Source: Calditrichales bacterium
Lineage (GTDB): Bacteria; Calditrichota; Calditrichia; Calditrichales; J004
Reading direction: 5' to 3'
Assembly (NCBI GenBank): GCA_965267575.1
Contig: OZ254086.1
Span: forward strand, 3,680,001 to 3,744,000
DNA length: 64,000 nucleotides
Part shown: one piece after another, positions 37,402 to 47,253 of the stretch
Layout: every line of letters begins with the position of its first letter
Numbering within the stretch: the stretch's first letter is position 1
Notes under the pieces: model-generated
Database searches by the model: none
What the model was told of the DNA's origin: nothing
The model's input: the letters and a program-made list of their open reading frames with translations, nothing else
Made by a program: the position numbers and the translations under genes

Positions 37402-38580
37402 ATGATTTCTGTTTTTAAAGGGGCCAAAATTATCACGCCCTTCAGGCTTATCCCAAAAGGTACCATCGTCGTTGAAAATGGGCATATCATAGAGCTTGGC
37501 TCTGTTGATGAGATCGAGATACCGGAAAACGTAAACGTATATGACGTAAGTGGTAAAGCTATTTGTCCGGGATTTGTTGATCTTTTGCTGCACGGCGCCC
37601 TCGGACACGGTTTTACCGACGGTGATGACAGCGATTTCGAAATTATATCAAACCATTTCCTGCGTCATGGCACTACCGCTATGCTCGCTTCCCTTTACGC
37701 CAAGCCGGAAAAAGAACTGCTGGCCGATATTAAAAAACTTGCGGATTACATCATTCGCCACCCTAAGGGCAACATAAAAGGCATACACATGGAAGGGCCC
37801 TATCTGAATCCCGAGTTTAAAGGAGCGATGAACGAGGGCTGGCTATGGAAGCCGACTATTGAGTCTTACAAAAAAATGTGGGAAGCCTCTCAGGGTCTGA
37901 TAAAGTTAATGACGATCGCACCTGAATTGCCCGGGGCTTTGCCGGTAATGCGTGAAGCTGCCAAAAACGGGGTTGTCTTATCCATTGGTCACAGTACGGC
38001 TAACTACAGGCAGATTGAAATCGCCATAGACAATGGCGCGGCGCATGTCACACATATGTTCAACGCCATGCGGCCGCTTCACCATCGTGAGCCGGGCGTG
38101 GCTCTGGCCTCGATGCTGCGCGATGAGCTGAAGATTGAATTGATTGCTGACACCCATCATGTTCATCCTGCTGTTATGGAATTTCTGCTGAAGGTAAAAA
38201 AGCCAAACGGCATTGTTCTTATTACGGATTCTATCAAACCCGGCGGTATGGCAGAGGGTGAGGAGTTTGAATTTGCCAATCAAAAAGTGCGTATTAAAGG
38301 CGGCAAAGCTATGCTGGATAACGGCACCATTGCCGGAAGCTCTTTAACGCTGAACAAAGCTGTGAAAAACATGGTCGAAACAGCCGGAGCACGAATTACC
38401 GAGGCTGTTAGAATGGCTTCTCTGAATGGCGCTAAAGTTATAAACATGGAGCATAAGAAAGGTATTTTAGCCGTTGGTAAGGATGCAGATTTCGTCGTGC
38501 TTGGTAACGACTACAGCGTGGAAATGACGGTGATGAAAGGCGAGATCGTTCATTCCGCAGAAAATAGCGCGGTGGTCTGA
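37402..38580 (+). CDS. nagA: N-acetylglucosamine-6-phosphate deacetylase
   Basis: 'PGFVD..HG', 'HMEGPYL', 'TIAPE', 'GHS', 'THMFNAM', 'LITD', 'IAGS.LT'. Confidence 0.95.
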   Translation: MISVFKGAKIITPFRLIPKGTIVVENGHIIELGSVDEIEIPENVNVYDVSGKAICPGFVDLLLHGALGHGFTDGDDSDFEIISNHFLRHGTTAMLASLYAKPEKELLADIKKLADYIIRHPKGNIKGIHMEGPYLNPEFKGAMNEGWLWKPTIESYKKMWEASQGLIKLMTIAPELPGALPVMREAAKNGVVLSIGHSTANYRQIEIAIDNGAAHVTHMFNAMRPLHHREPGVALASMLRDELKIELIADTHHVHPAVMEFLLKVKKPNGIVLITDSIKPGGMAEGEEFEFANQKVRIKGGKAMLDNGTIAGSSLTLNKAVKNMVETAGARITEAVRMASLNGAKVINMEHKKGILAVGKDADFVVLGNDYSVEMTVMKGEIVHSAENSAVV

Positions 38581-39393
38581 ATGCGTCTGATTATTCAAAA
38601 GGATTATAACGACGTTTCAAGTTGGGCGGCCGCTTACGTCGTCAGAGCTATAACAAGATTTAACCCGACGCCCGAAAAGCCGTTTGTTCTTGGCTTGCCG
38701 ACTGGCTCATCGCCATTGGGCATGTACCGTGAGTTGATAAAATTCTATAATAATGGCAAGGTTTCTTTCAAAAATGTAATCACCTTTAATATGGATGAAT
38801 ATGTTGGTCTGGCAGAGGATCATCCTCAAAGCTATCATTACTACATGTGGCATAATTTTTTCAACCACGTTGATATCCAGCCCCGGAACGTAAACATTCT
38901 GAACGGCAATGCCAAAGACCTGGACAAAGAGTGTGAAGATTACGAAAGAAGGATCCGCGAAACGGGCGGGATTCATCTTTTTGTCGGCGGAATAGGTCCG
39001 GACGGCCATATTGCATTTAACGAACCCGGCTCGTCGCTGGGCTCACACACACGCCTGAAAACGCTTACCACAGATACGGTTATCGCCAATTCCAGGTTCT
39101 TTGATGATGATGTTAGTAAGGTGCCTAAAACAGCTCTCACCGTAGGTGTTAGAACCGTGCTGGATGCGCAAAAGATTATGGTGTTGATTTCCGGCCACAA
39201 CAAAGCGCGTGCGCTGGCAAAAGTGGTTGAAGAGGGTGTAAACCATATGTGGACAGTGAGTGCTCTTCAGCTTCATCCCCATAGCCTCATTGTTTGTGAT
39301 GACGCTTCCACCGTCGAAATGAAAGTTGGCACGGTTAATTATTTTAAAGATATCGAGGCGAAAAACCTCGATCCGCAAAGCTTGCTTTCCTGA
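38581..39393 (+). CDS. nagB: Glucosamine-6-phosphate deaminase
   Basis: 'LGLPTGSSP', 'FNMDEY', '[16 protein letters not shown]'. Confidence 0.97.
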   Translation: MRLIIQKDYNDVSSWAAAYVVRAITRFNPTPEKPFVLGLPTGSSPLGMYRELIKFYNNGKVSFKNVITFNMDEYVGLAEDHPQSYHYYMWHNFFNHVDIQPRNVNILNGNAKDLDKECEDYERRIRETGGIHLFVGGIGPDGHIAFNEPGSSLGSHTRLKTLTTDTVIANSRFFDDDVSKVPKTALTVGVRTVLDAQKIMVLISGHNKARALAKVVEEGVNHMWTVSALQLHPHSLIVCDDASTVEMKVGTVNYFKDIEAKNLDPQSLLS

Positions 39394-39417
39394 CCTCCTG
39401 TTAGAGTAAGGAGCCCC

Positions 39418-39450
39418 AAGGGACCGGTCCAAGGCCGGTCCTTTTTTTTT
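39418..39450 (+). terminator. Rho-independent terminator after nagB
   Basis: GGACCGGTC-CAA-GGCCGGTCC followed by T9. Confidence 0.85.
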
Positions 39451-39505
39451 AATTTAAATTCGGCCCCTCTTATATTAGCGGCATGAAAATTAAACAAGGA
39501 AAAAA

Positions 39506-42500
39506 ATGTCCACGGTATTCAGACTTTTTGTTGAAAAGCGTCCCGGGTTTGATGTGGAAGCGCAAAATTATGCAGATCAGATCAGGGCTTTTTTAAAAAT
39601 TGAAGCCCTTGAAAGATTACGCATTTTTTATCGCTACGATGTCCAGGGCATCGAGGCTGACACCTATCTGAGCGCAAAAAATACAGTATTCTCAGAACCA
39701 CCACAGGACACCGTCTATGACGAGGAGATGCCCGATTTACGGGACTATACTGTTATCGCAACCGAATATCTCCCGGGGCAGTACGATCAACGTTCCGATT
39801 CGGCCGCGCAATGTATCCGGCTTATCAACCATCATGCAGAGCCGCTGGTGCGCAGCGCAAAAATATTTGCATTAAAGGGCCGGCTCAGCGGACCTGACAT
39901 AAATACAATCAAAAAATTTATTATTAACCCCGTTGACTCCAGAGAAGCGCAGCTTGAAAAACCGGCCGGCCTGGAGCACAAAGCACCCGTGCCAAAGGAA
40001 GTGGGCCAGGTCAACGGCTTTTTGGAAATGTCCGGCGCCGAGATAAAAACGCTTGGCAAAAATCTGGACCTGGCGATGGGTCTAGATGATCTGCTGTTTA
40101 TCCAGCACTATTTCAAAAACACGGAAAAACGCGAACCGACCGAAACCGAAATCAAAATGCTGGACACTTATTGGTCGGACCATTGCCGGCATACGACGTT
40201 TTTAACCGAAATAGAATCTGTGAAAATAGAGGACGGCCACTATAAAAAAGCGCTCGAGCGATCTTTGAAGGCCTACCGTGATGCACGTTCATTTGTTTAT
40301 GAAAGCTCCCCACGGGCGGATTGCCTGATGGATATGGCCACGATTGCCATGAAGGAAATGCGCAAAAGGGGCGGGCTGCCTGAGCTGGATCTGTCTGAAG
40401 AGATAAATGCCTGCAGTATAAAAGTAAACGTTGAGCGAGACGGCCACAATGAAGACTGGCTGGTAATGTTCAAGAATGAAACACATAATCATCCAACGGA
40501 AATAGAGCCATTTGGCGGGGCGGCCACCTGTCTGGGCGGCGCCATTCGTGATCCGCTTTCCGGACGTGTTTATGTGTACCAGGCTATGCGGGTTACGGGC
40601 AGTGGCGATCCACGACGTCCTTTGCAGGAAACAATCCCAGGGAAGCTTCCGCAACGTGTTATTACAACAACAGCAGCTAAAGGCTATAGCAGCTACGGCA
40701 ACCAGATCGGTCTGGCAACGGGTATGGTGTCGGAAGTTTATGATGAAGGCTATGTTGCCAAACGCATGGAAATAGGCGCTGTTATCGGCGCTGCGCCGGC
40801 ATCGCATGTGCTGCGTTCCCGTCCGCAAAAAGGGGATGTTGTGCTGCTTATTGGCGGCCGCACAGGTCGCGACGGCATCGGGGGCGCCACCGGGTCTTCG
40901 AAAGCCCATACAGACAAAGCGCTGGAGAATGAAGCTGAGGTGCAGAAAGGTAATCCGCCCATTGAGCGCAAGTTGCAACGCCTTTTCCGCGACTCCGAAT
41001 TTACCCGCAAGATAAAGCGCTGCAATGATTTTGGTGCCGGTGGTGTCTCTGTGGCGATCGGGGAGCTTGCGCCAAGCATAGATATCCATCTTGATAAGGT
41101 GCCGTTAAAATACGAGGGTTTAAATGGCACCGAAATCGCCCTGTCCGAATCGCAGGAGCGCATGGCGGTTGTGATCGATAAAAAGGATATCGGTTTTGTT
41201 TTAGAAAAGGCCTATGCCGAAAACCTGGAAGCCAGCGAAGTGGCACAGATTACGGACAGCGGCCGCCTTCGTATGTTCTGGCGCAACAAAGCGATCGTCG
41301 ACATAATGCGCGCATTTTTGGATACAAACGGTACACGTCAAAAAATGAATGTCGTTCTGGCAAATCCAACGCGTCCTTACCCTTACAAAAATAGGCGAGA
41401 GATTAATGCTGAAAGCTGGCTTGAAAACCTGAAAGACCTGAATGTCGCCGGGCAAAAAGGGCTGATCGAGCAGTTTGACAGCTCCATCGGCGCTTCGGCA
41501 GTTTTGCATCCTTTTGGTGGAAAATACCGCCAGACACCGGCTGAGTGCATGGTTTCGTTGCTGCCTGCGGAAGGCGTTTCGACGGCGACAGCCATGAGCT
41601 GGGGATTTGATGTCAACCTGGCCCATTGGTCACCGTATCATATGGCGGCCTTCGCGGTTATCGAATCGGTGGCAAAGCTCGCAGCGTGTGGCGCGGACTA
41701 TAAAAAGGCCTACCTGACTTTGCAGGAATATTTTGAAAAACTGGGAGATGATACGATAAAATGGGGCAAGCCTTATGCGGCCTTGCTTGGTGCTTATGAA
41801 GCACAAAATGAGCTGAATATCGCGGCTATTGGCGGGAAAGACAGCATGTCCGGCACATTCCAGAATTTAAATGTTCCGCCGACGCTGGTGAGCTTTGCAG
41901 TCGCACCTGTAGAATCGAAAACGGTTATTTCTGCGGAGTTTAAGCAAGCGGGAAATCATGTTTTTATGGTTGATGTGCCCGTTCTTGAAGACCAGACCCC
42001 TGACTACAAGCTCATTAAAGAAAACTTCGATTGGTTGCACAAAAAAATCATATCCGGTGATATTATTTCGGCTCATACTTTAGGAAAAGGGGGTGCCGCA
42101 GCGGCCATATCAAAGATGTGCTTTGGCAATCGGATCGGATTTGAAAGCAGCCACGATTTGGATTGGTTTTCGCCGCGCTATGGCGGATTTGTGGTTGAAT
42201 GCACGGATAACCTGCGTGATGATGTGCTTCCAAAGAACATTTTTAAAATAGGGAGGACCACGGACAAACAGGACATCCGCATTAATAAAACCACCCTAAA
42301 GCTTGAAGATTGTCTTGATGCCTGGCTAAGCCCCCTAGAGAAAGTATTTCCCTGGAAACATAATGATTCCCTCAAAAATAAGGGCAATTCCCAAAGCCTA
42401 CCATCCTCTAAACCGTGGCGAGCTGCAAAGCCCGTCATCAGTCCGCGCGTATTTGTGCCTGTTTTTCCGGGTACAAATTGCGAATATGATTCTGCCCGGG

Positions 42501-43246
42501 CATTTAAGATGGCTGGAGCGGAGGTTTCGACAGTGGTGTTCAACAATCTGACTGAACGCTCCCTGGAGGATTCGATAGAGGCAATGGCGTCGACCATTGA
42601 AAAATCACAAATTATTATGATACCGGGGGGCTTCAGCGCGGGTGACGAGCCGGAGGGGTCGGGCAAGTTCATAGCCTCCGTATTCCGGAACAGCCGTATT
42701 GCTCAAGCAACAATGGACCTTATTCAAAAACGAGATGGCCTTATCCTGGGCGTATGCAATGGCTTCCAGGCGCTGATAAAGCTGGGTTTACTGCCTTATG
42801 GAGAAATCCGATCGATTGATTCCGAAAGTCCAACACTCACCTTTAATAAACTCAATCGCCACTATTCTCAAATGGTCGATACAAAGGTTCTCACCAACGC
42901 CGAATCACCCTGGTTTATTGAAGTAGACAAAGACATCACTTACACCATTCCTGTATCCAACGGAGAAGGCCGCTTCTCGGCTCCCGATGCCGTTCTTGAC
43001 TCTCTGTTCAAAAATAATCAGGTCGCAACGCAATATGTGGATGAGTTGGGCAACCCTTCAATGGATTCACGCTTTAACCCCTCCGGATCGATGGATGCGG
43101 TTGAAGGCATACTAAGCCCAGATGGACGTGTTTTCGGCAAAATGGCACATACTGAAAGAGTCGGGCTGCAGCACGTGGCCAAAAATATTCCGGGTATTGT
43201 GAGACAGGAAATATTTAAATCCGCGGTCACATATTTCGGAAAATAA
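39506..43246 (+). CDS. purL: Phosphoribosylformylglycinamidine synthase, single-chain PurL with fused glutaminase
   Basis: 'WSDHCRH', 'KNETHNHPTEIEPFGGAAT', 'DFGAGG', 'SESQERM', glutaminase 'GGFSAGD', 'GVCNGFQ', 'HTER'. Confidence 0.97.
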   Translation: MSTVFRLFVEKRPGFDVEAQNYADQIRAFLKIEALERLRIFYRYDVQGIEADTYLSAKNTVFSEPPQDTVYDEEMPDLRDYTVIATEYLPGQYDQRSDSAAQCIRLINHHAEPLVRSAKIFALKGRLSGPDINTIKKFIINPVDSREAQLEKPAGLEHKAPVPKEVGQVNGFLEMSGAEIKTLGKNLDLAMGLDDLLFIQHYFKNTEKREPTETEIKMLDTYWSDHCRHTTFLTEIESVKIEDGHYKKALERSLKAYRDARSFVYESSPRADCLMDMATIAMKEMRKRGGLPELDLSEEINACSIKVNVERDGHNEDWLVMFKNETHNHPTEIEPFGGAATCLGGAIRDPLSGRVYVYQAMRVTGSGDPRRPLQETIPGKLPQRVITTTAAKGYSSYGNQIGLATGMVSEVYDEGYVAKRMEIGAVIGAAPASHVLRSRPQKGDVVLLIGGRTGRDGIGGATGSSKAHTDKALENEAEVQKGNPPIERKLQRLFRDSEFTRKIKRCNDFGAGGVSVAIGELAPSIDIHLDKVPLKYEGLNGTEIALSESQERMAVVIDKKDIGFVLEKAYAENLEASEVAQITDSGRLRMFWRNKAIVDIMRAFLDTNGTRQKMNVVLANPTRPYPYKNRREINAESWLENLKDLNVAGQKGLIEQFDSSIGASAVLHPFGGKYRQTPAECMVSLLPAEGVSTATAMSWGFDVNLAHWSPYHMAAFAVIESVAKLAACGADYKKAYLTLQEYFEKLGDDTIKWGKPYAALLGAYEAQNELNIAAIGGKDSMSGTFQNLNVPPTLVSFAVAPVESKTVISAEFKQAGNHVFMVDVPVLEDQTPDYKLIKENFDWLHKKIISGDIISAHTLGKGGAAAAISKMCFGNRIGFESSHDLDWFSPRYGGFVVECTDNLRDDVLPKNIFKIGRTTDKQDIRINKTTLKLEDCLDAWLSPLEKVFPWKHNDSLKNKGNSQSLPSSKPWRAAKPVISPRVFVPVFPGTNCEYDSARAFKMAGAEVSTVVFNNLTERSLEDSIEAMASTIEKSQIIMIPGGFSAGDEPEGSGKFIASVFRNSRIAQATMDLIQKRDGLILGVCNGFQALIKLGLLPYGEIRSIDSESPTLTFNKLNRHYSQMVDTKVLTNAESPWFIEVDKDITYTIPVSNGEGRFSAPDAVLDSLFKNNQVATQYVDELGNPSMDSRFNPSGSMDAVEGILSPDGRVFGKMAHTERVGLQHVAKNIPGIVRQEIFKSAVTYFGK

Positions 43247-43278
43247 AAAAAGCCCTGCCGCAAAAACGACAGGGCTTT
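43245..43278. terminator. Bidirectional terminator between convergent purL and the lipoprotein gene
   Basis: A-tract-AAAGCCCTG...CAGGGCTTT hairpin. Confidence 0.75.
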
Positions 43279-43296
43279 ATTACCTATTGATGTTTA

Positions 43297-44139
43297 TTAG
43301 GGTTTCAATGCCTGAGCGATTTCAAGTAAGGTTACAACGTCGTAGCTCAGTTCCTGAACTACCTGTCCGTTGTTTTTCAGCACACCGGTAACCATATCCG
43401 AACCATCCGCGCTCAACTCGGCGCTCCATGGCAGCATTTCGAATGTAAGGTCGCCGTAGAGAATAGCGGTATTTTCACCATTCTCGTCTTTGCTTACAAC
43501 AAGCTCTTCGATATTGACATTTACGATTGTTTCAAAACGTACGAGATCATTATCAAATGAGCCATCCGGAGATGTATAATAACCATCCCATATCTTATGA
43601 TACTGTCCTGAGCCCGTAAAATACATTGTTTGATTTACGATAGCGGCGGAACCTTCAACACCATGATCCCAGGAAGTTCCTGTGGGCTCGTCATTCACAT
43701 AGCCAAAATGACCGTTTGTAGTATAATAGAAATTCAGCCCTACTGCATCCCGGGCTTTCTTAACAATCTGTCCCTGTGCATTAAAAAACTGCTGGCCGCG
43801 GGTATAGTGACCATAAAATGCATCCGGATAGGCGGGATTGCTTAAATCATCTTCCCATGTATGCCAACCGGTATTAGGATTCCAGCGATAAACATCATCT
43901 CCGGCTACTTTCCCTAAGCCTTCATTGTCATCCATTTCCATTATTTTATAATAGCCTTCGTATGTGGCTACAGGGCCCGTAAAGGCCAGTACGGCTACAT
44001 TCTGAGCTTCATTTATTACGATCTCCTGTGTGGGCTCGGCATTGACCGGCTGGTCTGCCTGATTGTTTACCGAGTTTTCGCATGATACTAAAACAAAAAA
44101 AGCGAAAAGTGGCAATATAAACAGCTTCTTCCTTAACAT
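43297..44139 (-). CDS. Hypothetical lipoprotein (start moved to ATG 44139)
   Basis: SD AAGGAG upstream; 'MLRKKLFILPLFAFFVLVSC' lipobox; beta-rich acidic body. Confidence 0.75.
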   Translation of the reverse strand: MLRKKLFILPLFAFFVLVSCENSVNNQADQPVNAEPTQEIVINEAQNVAVLAFTGPVATYEGYYKIMEMDDNEGLGKVAGDDVYRWNPNTGWHTWEDDLSNPAYPDAFYGHYTRGQQFFNAQGQIVKKARDAVGLNFYYTTNGHFGYVNDEPTGTSWDHGVEGSAAIVNQTMYFTGSGQYHKIWDGYYTSPDGSFDNDLVRFETIVNVNIEELVVSKDENGENTAILYGDLTFEMLPWSAELSADGSDMVTGVLKNNGQVVQELSYDVVTLLEIAQALKP

Positions 44140-44280
44140 GTTAGGTCTCCTTTTTAGTTTAACCCTAATTAACATCGTTAAAAAAGTAACAAATGACGCT
44201 AAACGCAATGTGATAATTGTCATTAAGGGACAGGAGTGAAATTAAAAATGGGTCGCTTAAGATAAAATTAAAACCGACTG

Positions 44281-45111
44281 CTATGACTTTTCCTGATTTC
44301 GGCCGTTTTTATTCATACCCGGCCCTTTATACCCGGATGGTATGCGTGATTTTGGCAAGATTACTTCATGCGGTGCTATCGTTGCGGATTCTCCGATTTG
44401 CACATCACCCATCACGGTAGATTTCAGGCCTAAAGTGGCACCTTTTTTTATAACTACGGGGGACACCACAAGATAGCCCCTTGCCGCGTAGTGACAAATT
44501 AAGTGGGCAGAGCCGCCGATTGTAACATAATCTTCAAGGGTAATCAGACCGGCATCGGAGATATTTGTTGTATTTATATGAACGCCTTTGCCTATCTTCA
44601 TTCCCATCATTTTATAAAACAGGATATTCAGCGGGGTGGGTGTTACAAATTCAAGGAAGGTATATCGTACCAAATATATCAACGAATTATGTACATACCA
44701 AGGTACACTTTGAATGGAAAAATAGGGTCCGCGAAACGGCTTAATCCGGAATGGGAGAATAAAGTTAAAAAAGGGCGCCAGAAAAAGTATCGAAAAGCCA
44801 TATAAGAAGAATCCTATAACGATTGAAGAAGCGATAAGAAAATAATGTAAAAGGGCGGGCATTAACATTGTCTGGTCATAAACAAACAGCACCAGGTAAG
44901 TTCCAGGAGTGAGGCCAAGCGCCATTATGAATATTGCCAGCAGGTAAACGGGTATGAGAGAAATGATAAATGCTGCAATACGGAATCGCCGTAGGAAGGT
45001 CTCGAAAAGCCCCTGCCAACCCTTTAGGTTTGATTTTTGCGTTTCCGTGTCGATGCGCTTTTTTCGTTGTCTCTTTTCTGCCGGTTGGACAAAACTTCTT
45101 TTTTCGGTCAT
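44281..45111 (-). CDS. Membrane-anchored hexapeptide-repeat (left-handed beta-helix) acyltransferase-like protein
   Basis: 2-3 TM helices, then 'FYKMMGMKIGKGVHINT...LITLEDYVTIGG..HLICH...VVIKKGATLG....GDVQIGESATIA'. Confidence 0.8.
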   Translation of the reverse strand: MTEKRSFVQPAEKRQRKKRIDTETQKSNLKGWQGLFETFLRRFRIAAFIISLIPVYLLAIFIMALGLTPGTYLVLFVYDQTMLMPALLHYFLIASSIVIGFFLYGFSILFLAPFFNFILPFRIKPFRGPYFSIQSVPWYVHNSLIYLVRYTFLEFVTPTPLNILFYKMMGMKIGKGVHINTTNISDAGLITLEDYVTIGGSAHLICHYAARGYLVVSPVVIKKGATLGLKSTVMGDVQIGESATIAPHEVILPKSRIPSGYKGPGMNKNGRNQEKS

Positions 45112-45226
45112 AATTAATTCCAGCTAGATTAACTTGTAAAAAATTTTAAATTTAGGCGATGACGTCTTTACATCGTATGTAATTGCTCACATATTTTTAC
45201 ATTGATAAAATACAGAAAGACCCAAA

Positions 45227-46261
45227 ATGGACCTTTTGATCTGCGCTTATTGGAACGAAGCCTATTATTTTATAGAACGCTTTGGTTTGCAAAAACTAAA
45301 ACAATCTCAGCCTGATTTATATAGCAACAATAATACAATCTTGTGTATCTGCGGCGAGGGGCTGATCAATGCTGCCATTAAAATATCGGGTGTATTAGCC
45401 TTAAAAAAAAATGAAATTAAAAGGATCGTTAATTTCGGCATTGCCGGGCGTTTGGGTAAAGTTGAATTCTGCAATATTTACAGCATTAGAACCGTTTACG
45501 GGGCTGAAGGTAAAGAACCGCGGTTTCACAGTTTTACATCTGCGGACGAAACAGCTTCCGTCGATTGTATTAGCGCCGGCAACCGTATTGAAACGAAGGA
45601 TATGGCTAATGCGCTGGGACGCTTTGCTCCCTGCGTGGACATGGAATTATGGTCAATAGCCAAAGCCTGTAAGGAGTATAATCTGCCCTGGATTTCTTTG
45701 AAATATATCAGTGATGACGCTTCCCAAAAAACGGAGCTGTCACAGCTCCAAAAAACTTCCGAAAAAGCAGGCAAGGCCCTCTGCGAGTCTTATGCGGCCC
45801 AATTCGGCCAGAAAAGAAATCCCGTCATTGACACGAAAAATTTGCCTTCTCTGGATGAGAGTAATTTTCATATAACCCGTTCTCAGCGTCATATTCTTAA
45901 TGATCTGACTTTAAAAATGCGTGCTCGTTTTGGAAATAATTTTATCAATGAAATTGACCTGGCCAATATTAAAAAGGAAACAACCAATAAAAAACAGCGC
46001 ACAGCCCGGTTGATTGAAGCGCTCCACCAAAAATTAAATCCTTTTGATGAGAACGTTAAGGCGCGTCTCGAAAAAGTAATCGAGCCGCTGAAGAAAGCAG
46101 GATTTAAAGCTTCCTATGACAAAAACCTGGAAAACCCCAATGTGTCACTCCACGCCGATATCGGCGCGGCGGGAGACAAGGAGAAGCTTATCCGGGGTCT
46201 TAAGAGATACGACCACAAGGAATTACTAAAAATATTTAATGGCGAGATTGATGCTTTTTAA
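45227..46261 (+). CDS. Nucleoside phosphorylase/MTA-SAH nucleosidase-fold protein with a C-terminal extension
   Basis: 'A...EA', 'GEG..NAA', 'NFGIAG', 'VDME', 'KYISD'; about 150 extra C-terminal residues. Confidence 0.75.
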   Translation: MDLLICAYWNEAYYFIERFGLQKLKQSQPDLYSNNNTILCICGEGLINAAIKISGVLALKKNEIKRIVNFGIAGRLGKVEFCNIYSIRTVYGAEGKEPRFHSFTSADETASVDCISAGNRIETKDMANALGRFAPCVDMELWSIAKACKEYNLPWISLKYISDDASQKTELSQLQKTSEKAGKALCESYAAQFGQKRNPVIDTKNLPSLDESNFHITRSQRHILNDLTLKMRARFGNNFINEIDLANIKKETTNKKQRTARLIEALHQKLNPFDENVKARLEKVIEPLKKAGFKASYDKNLENPNVSLHADIGAAGDKEKLIRGLKRYDHKELLKIFNGEIDAF

Positions 46262-47252
46262 ACGCATATTCGTTGAAAAACAGATAGCAAACCACGACCG
46301 CGTGCAACGCATTGCCCGCGCCTTTCCGGATGTTGAGCCGGAAACAATCGAAAGCATGGATGACATCTTTGGAAAAGTCCGCAAACCGTACCTGCATAAA
46401 AGGACTGACCTCAACCTGGTTATCGCGGAAAAGAGAGGCAGTCTGGTTAAGCCGGCACCTCCGGCGTACGGTTTTGACGGCGAGCCTCATTATTATTTTT
46501 TTCATGCTTACAACTGTATCTATGAATGTGAATATTGCTATCTCCAGGGATACTTTGATTCGCCCGATATCGTCGTTTTCATTAACCATGAAGATGTTTG
46601 TGCCGCGATTGAAGAAACCGCGTCGGCGCATGATGGTATAGTGTGGTTTCATGCGGGAGAATTTTCAGATTCCCTGGCGCTTGCCCATCTGACGCGGGAA
46701 TGGCCGGTTTACTGGGAAACCTTTAAACGCCTGCCAAATGCTTTTCTGGAGTTGCGCACAAAATCGGTAAATATAAAGCCAATCGAAGAACTGGAAGCGC
46801 TGGATAACATCATTATCTCGTTTTCGCTTTCCCCGCCGTCAATGGTAAAGTTGCTGGACAGAAAGACGGCCGGCTACAGGGGAAGAATCAATGCCATTGC
46901 GCGCTTGGCAGCAAAAGGCTTTAAAATAGGATTACACCTGGACCCCATTATCTATCATGATTCTTTTAGAAATGATTATGACAAGCTGTTAAGCGATGTC
47001 TTTGCTATATTGCCATTTGAACAATTGGAGTACATTTCCGCCGGCGTGGTGCGTTTTACCGGGAAAGTCTATAAAGAAGTTCTGAAGAACTATCCCGAGT
47101 CCGCTCTTAACACTGCGCCATTTGTTAAGAGTTTTGATAACAAAGTACGTTACAATCGTCCTTTGCGTATGCATATGCTGCGAGAAATTGAAAAAATTGC
47201 AATTGCACGGGGCGTAGACGCGTCACGCATTTATCTTTGCATGGAGGAGTAA
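46251..47252 (+). CDS. Spore-photoproduct-lyase-like radical SAM protein (start ATG 46251 or 46239)
   Basis: 'NCIYECEYCYLQG' CxxxCxxC, 'GEFSDSL', 'LELRTKS', 'SFSLSP', 'HLDPII', C-terminal 'YLCME'. Confidence 0.85.
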   Translation: MLFKRIFVEKQIANHDRVQRIARAFPDVEPETIESMDDIFGKVRKPYLHKRTDLNLVIAEKRGSLVKPAPPAYGFDGEPHYYFFHAYNCIYECEYCYLQGYFDSPDIVVFINHEDVCAAIEETASAHDGIVWFHAGEFSDSLALAHLTREWPVYWETFKRLPNAFLELRTKSVNIKPIEELEALDNIIISFSLSPPSMVKLLDRKTAGYRGRINAIARLAAKGFKIGLHLDPIIYHDSFRNDYDKLLSDVFAILPFEQLEYISAGVVRFTGKVYKEVLKNYPESALNTAPFVKSFDNKVRYNRPLRMHMLREIEKIAIARGVDASRIYLCMEE

Positions 47253-47253
47253 A

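Noticed and set aside
45403..45411. A9 tract as a programmed frameshift or phase-variation site
   Set aside because: Reading frame is intact and A-runs are common in this AT-rich Lys-coding context
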